In this document: positions 56,358-64,000 of the stretch, in pieces
Position numbering within the stretch: the first letter of the stretch is position 1
Layout: every line of letters starts with the position of its first letter
Assembly: GCA_951406725.2 (NCBI GenBank)
Contig: OX597818.1
Span: 128,650,001 to 128,714,000, forward strand
DNA length: 64,000 nt
Reading direction: 5' to 3'
From: Octopus vulgaris
Lineage: Eukaryota
The notes under the pieces: model-generated
Databases searched by the model: none
Told to the model about the DNA's origin: nothing
Seen by the model: only the letters and a program-made list of their open reading frames with translations
Position numbers and translations under genes: made by a program

Positions 56358-56596
56358 AACTAAGAACACATTATTCAGCATGTCCTTCATTTTTAAGACA
56401 GTTTGGTGTAGTTTGGATATTTGGTTGCTATTTCTAGCAAACTGATTGACCATGTAGATGCACTATCATTAATATGTACAGATAGAGATTGAATTATATA
56501 TTCCTCTCCCTCTCTCTCTCTCTCTCTCTTTCTTTTCCATTTGTAACTACTTTTGTGTTGTGAAATTCTGATTTTTGACTCTTTTAACCCTCTCAG

Positions 56597-56740
56597 GTTT
56601 CTTTGTTTGCTGAGTTGTTCAATGAAATGTTGATGCGGGATTTTGGCTTCAAGATCTACAAGGCTCTTGTTCTTGCGCCAGAAAAGAAGGATGAGGAGAA
56701 GCTTAAAAAGAAATCTGATGATAAATCTGTAAAAGAAAAG
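56597..56740 (+). CDS. CCAR1: CCAR1 exon (VSLFAELFNEMLMRDFGFKIYKAL...KEK)
   Basis: tctcag acceptor, AAG|gtgaga donor, 48 codons; continues the EHSFE|VSLFAELFNEML motif. Confidence 0.96.
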
Positions 56741-57263
56741 GTGAGACACCCACACATTTTTCTATGTTTGTAAACCATTCAATTAGAAACTCAAAAACCA
56801 CCTACTGTATAAACTACTCGTACTAGCTTGCATAAGAAAGAAGTTTAAATTGACTAACATTAAAAATAACTTTTTAATAGCTTTTATCACATGTAAAGAA
56901 TGTTAATATCTACTATCTTATATGTGAAGGTGCATGGCTCAGTGGTTAGAATGTCAGGCTCACAATCATGTAGTAGTGAGTTCACTTCCCAGACCAGGCT
57001 GTGTGTTGTATTCTTGAGCAAGACACGGCAGCAGCTGTTGTTGTTGTTGTTATTACTGAATGTTTAGCCTTATTGATATTGGAACAGAAGTTGTGGTCTA
57101 AATCATAAAGCAAAAGTTAATCACAGAGTTCTATGGGGTTAGCTCTTAACTTCAGTTTTCTTAACATTAAAAATAAAGGAAAGGCAAATCTCCTCCCTGA
57201 CAAGACTTTATACAATGTCTATTTAGACCTAAGGGATCATCTATAGACAACAGTAGGAGGATG

Positions 57264-57567
57264 TCATCATCATCATCATCATTTAGCGTCCGCTTTCCAT
57301 GCTAGCATGGGTTGGACGGTTCAACTGGGGTCTGTGAAGCCAGACGGCTGCATCAGGCCCAGTCTGATCTGGCAGTGTTTCTACGGCTGGATGCCCTTCC
57401 TAACGCCAACCACTCCGTGAGTGTAGTGGGTGCTTTTTATGTGCCACCCACACAGGTGCCAGACAGGGCTGGCAAACGGCCACAGACAGATGGTGCTTTT
57501 TACGTGCCACCGGCACGGGGGCCAGGCGAGGCTGGCAACGGCCACGATCGGATGGTGCTTTTTACGT
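57264..57567 (+). mobile_element. Family C repeat
   Basis: (CAT)n start and family C body. Confidence 0.8.
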
Positions 57568-57603
57568 AAACAACCAAATTCATAATTAGAACTCTAGGGC
57601 CTT

Positions 57604-58640
57604 ATGTGTTGGGTTGGAACAAAAGTTTTTACCATTTTTTAAGTAGAATTCAAAAACAGTATCCAGATATTTGCATATATCTTAATTCAACCACATATTC
57701 TCATTTTGTTCCACTATCTTTCACTATCTTTGAAGCAGCATCATGATTCCATTTTTCCTATGACATGGTATCTTTCTGGGCCATTCCGCCGAGGTCGACT
57801 TTGCCTTTCATCCTTTCGGGGTCGATAAATTAAGTACCAGTTATTCACTGGGGTCGATATAATCGACTTAATACCTATGTCTTTCCTTGTTTGTCTCCTC
57901 TATGTTTAGCCCCTTGTGGGTAATAAAGAAATAGGTATCTTTCTGGGCCATGAACTGGTCTAAGTGGTTTTTACAGTCTTCCAAAGAATTGAAATACTTC
58001 CCAGTAAAAGGATTTTGTAAGGATCAAAAGAAATGATAAATCCAGTATTGCAAGGTCTGGTGAGTGTGGTGGGTGTCGTAGGACATCGCAGTCAAGCTGT
58101 ACCAATTTCTGCTGGGTCTGCAAGGAAACATGAAGTTTAACATTTTCTTGAAGGGAGACAACACACTTCCAATTGGCCAATTCTGGACATTTTTCATCGA
58201 TTGCCTCCTTTAATCGGTCTAATTGGGAGCAGTATTGTCTGAATTCAGAGTTTGATTTTGCAGAAGCTCGTGACACACAGTGCCCTTCCAATCCCACTAG
58301 ATACAGGACATCACCTTCTTCAGCTACTGGTCAGCTTTTGAAGTGATTAAAGATGGTTCAGTTCATTTTCCCCAGGACATTTTATGGCTTAAACTGTTGT
58401 AAACAGTCCATTTTCCATTACTTTTTGATTGTCCTTTTCAAAAGTGGGTTGTTTACATAGTGTTTGAGCAGAGAATTGCAGGTGAAAATATAGTCCATGA
58501 AATTTTTTTCTGTTAGCTATGAAGCGCTGAAACATCATAGCAATTCATGTATCCAAATGTTTTTAAATGCCTTATAACACTCATATGGGATATGGAGACT
58601 ATCTCTATGATGTCTCATGTCATATGACCTGGATTATTTT
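57604..58640 (-). mobile_element. Decayed mariner element interrupted by a truncated family A SINE (57785-57933; 18-bp TSD ggtatctttctgggccat)
   Basis: Minus strand QYCSQLDRLKEAIDEKCPELANWK...VLRHPPHSPDLA; TSD at 57767-57784 and 57934-57951. Confidence 0.8.
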
Positions 58641-58649
58641 TAAATAATA

Positions 58650-59205
58650 ATGAAATTATTGTATACAGTGCTCAGGTGAACCACAACTTGTCAAAAGTGC
58701 GTATAAAGCATATGCAGTAATGTACAAATGTCTGGGAAGTGAACAGTGTTTAGTCAGATACATGTTTGCGTGTGTATGGAGCAGAGAAAATCAGGTGTAG
58801 TGTTGGCGAATCTCAGGAAGCATGGAAGTTTTGAAGGATGCAGTGCTCCGACAACTAACAACTGATGCCGGCAGTTTGTTCCATGCTTCAGCAACTCTTA
58901 GCATGAAAAAATGTTTCCGAAAGTCATGGGAGCTGTGCTGTTTTCTGCCTTTGCAAACATGTCCACGGGTGTTAGACAGGTGGAGTTTGAACAGGTGCTC
59001 AGAGTTATTGTTAGTAAGATGGTTAGTAATTTTAAGGGTGTCTGCCAAGTCAGCTGCCAGACGTCGAAGTTTCAATTGTATCCATGCCCAGGGAAGTAAG
59101 GCATTCAGAATATGGCAAATGCCTGATGGAGGGTATTCTCTTGGTTGCACGTCGCTGAACGGTTTCCAGACGATTAATATCCTGGGCAAGATAGGGATTC
59201 CAGTA
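58650..59205 (-). mobile_element. CR1-clade LINE 3' fragment
   Basis: WNPYLAQDINRLETVQRRATKRIP...NTRGH...RKHFFMLRVAEAWNKLPASVV, frameshifted. Confidence 0.88.
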
Positions 59206-59821
59206 GCATTTCAATTTGTTCATTGTCAACAACTGTAGGCTTGCTGGAGCATTTACAATCTTTCAGACCAAAATTTTCTCTCTCAAACCTAACCAACAGC
59301 TTACAGTCCCTGCCCTCCCCAGCTGTGGCGTCATCTCCATAAAATGCACTTATCTTTCTTTTCTTTTCTTTTGTTTTTCTGTTTGTACAGTGTTTTTCCT
59401 TTCCAAGTGTAAAAGAGCATCAAATGATGAAAATGTCTCTCATTTTCCTTTATTTTCACTATTAATGTAAAAACAGTAGAAATAAACTATCCATATAGTA
59501 ATTATATAGAGAGATGTATTGAAATGGCACTTTTCAGAAGGTGTGTGTGTGTGTCCGTGTGTCCTGCACTTGTGTCATGTGAGAAACGAAATCATATGTT
59601 TAGATGCTACCAATTGAAAAACAGTACAAACTTTTCTTCTAACTCAATATATTGATTCAGCTATCTGTGCTCGTCTCTCTTGTAATACATAAGTAATGTG
59701 AAACTTCTTGGTAATGAGGAATCAAATCTGGATAGATTCAGCCTAGTGGAAGATCGCCATGTACTTTGACACTAAACAAGAATTGTTCTCTGACTAAAGC
59801 CATACTGGGGCACTATCTCTC

Positions 59822-60045
59822 TCTCTTTTACTCTTTTACTTGTTTCAGTCATTTGACTGCGGCCATGCTGGAGCACCGCCTTAAATCGAGCAACTCGACC
59901 CCGGGACTTATTCTTTGTAAGCCCAGTACTTATTCTATCGGTCTCTTTTGCCGAACCGCTAAGTGACGGGGACATAAAAACACCAGCATCGGTTGTCAAG
60001 CAATGCTAGGGGGACAAACACTGACACACAAACAAACGCACACAC

Positions 60046-60098
<53 letters not shown>

Positions 60099-60270
60099 TA
60101 TGACGGGCTTCTTTCAGTTTCCATCTACCAAATCCACTCACAAGGCTTTGGTCGGCCCAAAGCTATAGTAGAAGACACACACTTGCCCAAGGTGCCACGC
60201 AGTGGGACTGAACCCGGAACCATGTGGTTTGTAAGCAAGCTACTTACCACACAGCCACTCCTGCGCCTAT
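59822..60270 (-). mobile_element. SINE family B, full length
   Basis: Same family as 13378-13784. Confidence 0.82.
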
Positions 60271-60388
60271 AAAGCTGAAATTTTTTTTAAAAAAACCCAG
60301 CCATTGCTTGTTATTTGTTAATATAACATTTAGAAGTAAGGTTTGAACACGAAACAAAAATTAAAACTTTTTGTTCATTCTAATACAG

Positions 60389-60499
60389 GATCTCAAGAAA
60401 ACAGAAGAAGAAAAATCAGAAAAGAAAAAGGAAGAAGAAACTCCCAAGGAAGTGAATGGCAATGAAGAAGATATGGAAGAGGATGAACCTGATGAAGAG
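60389..60499 (+). CDS. CCAR1: CCAR1 exon, acidic/charged region (DLKKTEEEK...EPDEE)
   Basis: ctaatacag acceptor, GAG|gtagtt donor, 37 codons, open and in phase. Confidence 0.85.
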
Positions 60500-60593
60500 G
60501 TAGTTTGATTAAAAATTTTCTTCCCTTTTGTTTTATACTTTTTATTAATTCATATAATCTTTCCAACTTTTCTTTTCCCTTGTTTTTCCAATC

Positions 60594-60795
60594 TCTCTTT
60601 ACTCTTTTACTTGTTTCAGTCATTTGACTGTGGCAATGCTGGAGCACCGCCTTTAATCGAGCAACCCGACCCCGGGACTTATTCTTTTGTAAGCCCTGTA
60701 CTTATTCCATCGGTCTCTTTTGCCGAACCGCTAAGTAACGGGGACACAAACACACCAGCATCGGTTGTCAAGCAATGCTAGGGGGACAAACACAG

Positions 60796-60828
<33 letters not shown>

Positions 60829-60927
60829 CATATATACGACGGGCTTCTTTCAGTTTCCGTCTACCAAATCCACTCACAAGGCTTTGGTCAGCCTGAAGCT
60901 ACTTACCACACAGCCACTCCTGCGCCT
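60594..60927 (-). mobile_element. SINE family B with an internal deletion
   Basis: Tail and head present, CORE-like segment missing. Confidence 0.78.
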
Positions 60928-62579
60928 ATTTCTTTTTTATTGGAGTGAAAAAACATGCCTTGCAGAATGTGATAAAAACATCTGTAATCTCTGTTAAAGC
61001 ATTGTCACCACCAAAAGTGACTTCTATTTGTTCTGTCATCTCAATTAATTCATTGTAATTAAGAAAGAAAAAGAAAAATGTTTTCCATAAATTTTGGAAA
61101 CATTTCAAATTTGCATGCCATCAAATGCAATTTATCATGATAATTAGTTGTAAAGAAAAAAACATGAAGAAATTACTAAAGGTTACTCCTAGTCAATATT
61201 TTTTTTCATTATATTTTATAGTATGTTCTGATAATATTCCAGTAAAGCCCAAATCTGGTGGTTTTTTGTAACTTGCTAGGTCTGGAGGAAGAGACAATGT
61301 CAAGGCCCTCCTCAGCCAGTGAGAGTATTGGCATTAATCGTTCCTCTTAGACTTTTGTGCGTCAATGCCTGCAGGAAGGACTTAAGTTCCAATGGACAAC
61401 ATTCTGGGAAAGAAAGAAGTACAGGGCATGGTGATCAGTGCAGAGCTTGATGGAGGGTGGACACAATAAGGATGATGAGAAGCAGAGAGAGAAGTGCGAC
61501 AGGAATGTTTGAGCGAAGATGGCAGGAGTCCAACCAGCACTGAGGAGCAGTAATCACTATAGTAGAGGTAGATGTTGAAAAGAGGCCAGAGGTTGAAACC
61601 TGTTTCTAAATGACTATGCCAGTCAATTGGGTGGTCCTTTTCTGGATGAAGTCTAGGATGCCCTTGTGGGCTCCACCTGAGCCTTGTAGAAGGTCGCTAA
61701 TTGTTAGGAGGGACTGAAGTATATTCTGATTGTAAATTAAAAAGAAAAGGATTTACTTACTGTCAACGTCTAAATTAGAGTGACTGTTAGTTGAGTCTGC
61801 TGGATACTGGATTGTTATTTGATAAGTTATCCAGTACTTGTCCAAAAACAGAAGGAAAAAAATCCACTTCACTCTCAAAGGCTTCAGTTACCCAGATGTT
61901 AAGTAGTAGGCACATTGCATAAGTGTCAATCAGTTCATTTGCCTTGGCTTTCTTTCTGTTGGTGCAGTTTAGAGAGATGAGCTTCCACCTGGTATCTTGT
62001 TGCACTACAATGCATTAAATCAGCCAGGTGCACTACACTAAGATGAATTTTTACTGTAGATGCACTATATAAGATGAATTTTAACAGTGAGCCACTGATT
62101 TTAAGGACATCATTCACTTCTGAATTGACAATAATTGCTACATTACTACTACTACTACTACACCCTCTCCCCCCTCTCTCTCTCTCACTCTCTCATTCCT
62201 CACTGTCTGACCTTTCAACATCCCTCTATTTTTTTTCTGTTGGTTTTGATGATGAGGGTTTAAATAGTTTGATCCACTGAATTAGCTGCCTATTGTATTA
62301 GTGGTTGAGTATTCCATAGGCATGTGTACCCTTAACATAATCTTCTGGTAGAATCAGCTTGATACAGTGACAAGTCTTGTACCTTTGAATTACAGGTATT
62401 TTCCATAGGACAGGCTTCTACACAGTTTCCTCGACCAAGTTTCACTTACAAAGCTTGAGTCAGCCTCAGGCACTTTCCCAAGATGTCATGCATTAGGATT
62501 GAACCTAGGACTTTGTGACTGTTGCCATGTTGTGCCCAATCAGTACACCGCCTTAGATTAAATTTATGCTATTGATATT

Positions 62580-63000
62580 CGATGACTGGGATCCGTGCTA
62601 GTGGAGCACTAAGACCACCATCTGAGTGTGATCATTACCAGAGCAGCTAACTGGTGTTCGTGCCGGTGGCACATAAAAAGCACCATTCGAGTGTGATTGT
62701 TACCAGTGTCGCCTTACTGGCACTTGTGCCTGTGTGTGTGGGTGACATGTAAAAAAAAAATTTTTTTAATGATTTTCCGTGGCCGTTGCCAGTACCGCCT
62801 GACTGGCCCTCGTGCTGGTGGCACGTAAAAGCACCCACTACACTCTCGGAGTGGTTGGCATTAGGAAGGGCATCCAGCTGTAGAAACTCTGCGAAATCAA
62901 GATTGGAGCCTGCTGCAGCTATCTGGTTCGCCAGTCCTCAGGCAAATCGTCCAACCCATGCTAGCATGGAAAGCGGATGTTAAACATCGATGATGATGGT
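62580..63000 (-). mobile_element. Family C-related repeat
   Basis: ttaggaagggcatccagctgtagaaac...catgctagcatggaaagcgg motif. Confidence 0.7.
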
Positions 63001-63105
63001 GATTCATTTGAATTACTTCCCTTAGTTCACTTTTTTTTTGTTTTTTTGTTTTTTTTTGTCTTTAGCTCCTTAATCAGTTGATTTTTTTTTTCCTTTCTAT
63101 TGCAG

Positions 63106-63133
63106 GATGACGATGAAGAAAAGAAAGATAAAG
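63106..63133 (+). CDS. CCAR1: CCAR1 28-nt microexon (DDDEEKKDK + 1 nt)
   Basis: Long polypyrimidine tract and tgcag acceptor, AAG|gtaatt donor; in-frame acidic peptide. Confidence 0.75.
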
Positions 63134-63251
63134 GTAATTTGTCTTTTCTGGTTTGGTTGCAATAGTTGACATGTTATGCTTGAAATTTCTTAAATGTTTT
63201 TACAGAACATGAATGGTAGATTAATTTTACCTGTTCAAGGGCCAGTCTCTG

Positions 63252-63479
63252 TTAACCCTTTCATTACTGTATTTATTTAGAGATGCTCTGTGTTTCTTTC
63301 AATTATTTTAAATATAACAAAGAATTTAGTAAAATAACTTAGTTATCATTCAGACAGTGTTAGGAACATAAATTGCGACTAAGGTTTAGTGGTATATTTT
63401 AATGAAAAACTTATGAAAACAAGACATTTGTACCCAGAGCCAGAGCCGGTTTTAGCCGGGTTGGTAACAAAAGGGTTAA
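63252..63479. mobile_element. piggyBac-type MITE family A
   Basis: TTAA-CCCTTTCATTAC ... GTAACAAAAGGG-TTAA. Confidence 0.8.
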
Positions 63480-63824
63480 AGGATAATCTTGATGGAATTT
63501 ATACATTATTGTCAGAAAGTAGGCACATGAATGCACCAAGCCATGATATGGCAATGTATTGGTGTTAATGATGTTAATAATTGTGATTTTTAATTTAGTC
63601 ACTAGGCCTTGTATTTTAGGAGAGGGATATAGTTATTTAATTAAATATATTCCAGTACTAGGCTGCTATTATTTTGTTGATACTTGGAATATTAAAAGGC
63701 TGTTTAACTTCAATGAAATTTGAACTAAAGTTATAAAGAGTTGAAACAAATACCACAAGGTATTTTGTCCAATACTAATAATTTCACTAGTTCATTGTCT
63801 TAATGATGATGATGAAAATTTTTT

Positions 63825-64000
63825 ACATATACTGTGGAGGGAACCTGTGGTAGAGGTAGACCCAACAAGGTGATGAAGCATGATCTTCAAACATTGGATC
63901 TCACAGAAGCGATGACTAGTGACCAAGAATTTTGGCAATATGCCATGCTTGCGAAGACCCGTCAAGCCAAGTGAAATCGTAGTCATGGCTGATGCTGGTG
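63825..64000 (+). mobile_element. RTE-like LINE 3' fragment
   Basis: VEGTCGRGRP...DLQTLDLTEAMTSDQEFW resembles the RTE ORF C-terminus. Confidence 0.6.

Larger units (their letters stand above)
12331..63133 (+). other. CCAR1: CCAR1 gene, partial (15 coding exons visible; 5' and 3' ends outside the window)
   Basis: Exon translations carry CCAR1 motifs: KQRFFTGTVTKIMDNFGFVDDDVFFQ, DRVLVEATYNPNMPFKWNA, RYSNLYIPSDFF, GGPWSPSLDGPNP, WYRFAEIRY, DPKTMK-IVDLRRELEDRNLSSKGLKSQLIARL (SAP), SLSVLLDYRQEDNKEHSFEVSLFAELFNEML. Splice phases join consistently. The SAP domain favours CCAR1 over CCAR2/DBC1. Confidence 0.95.

Noticed and set aside
56393-56755. Antisense ORFs overlapping CCAR1 exons (also 28907-29185, 47895-48182, 60393-60647)
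   Set aside because: Shadows of the sense exons and low-complexity sequence, with no independent coding signal.
61300-61990. Possible decayed LINE (similar stretches at 3000-3540 and 27350-28070)
   Set aside because: Composition suggests old retroelement sequence, but I could not read a diagnostic motif with confidence.

Overview
Eukaryotic, AT-rich, repeat-dense genomic DNA. The SINE, MITE and LINE families look like those of an octopus (coleoid cephalopod); this is judged from repeat content, not proven. The window lies inside one + strand gene, the CCAR1 (cell division cycle and apoptosis regulator 1) orthologue. I can chain 15 coding exons from 12331 to 63133 (2679 nt, about 893 codons) with consistent splice phases. 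They encode the S1-like domain, a Pro-rich region, an RS/RE-rich region, the DBC1/Nudix-like domain, the SAP domain and the start of the acidic C-terminus. The start and stop codons lie outside the window. The introns contain tRNA-derived SINEs, piggyBac-type MITEs, mariner, Helitron, CR1, RTE, R4/Dong and Penelope relics, a ~3.75 kb (TA)n tract and an 8 x 138 bp tandem array. Nearly all ORFs in the supplied track are spurious. I found no prokaryote-type system. The best leads are RNA-level: a non-canonical GC donor followed at once by a branch-point/polypyrimidine element just before the SAP exons, candidate poison and recursive splice sites, a sense-strand minimal hammerhead ribozyme, near-identical inverted repeats bracketing exons, and a CR1 insertion with a 74-bp target duplication. 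Repeat boundaries are approximate; exon boundaries were read by hand.
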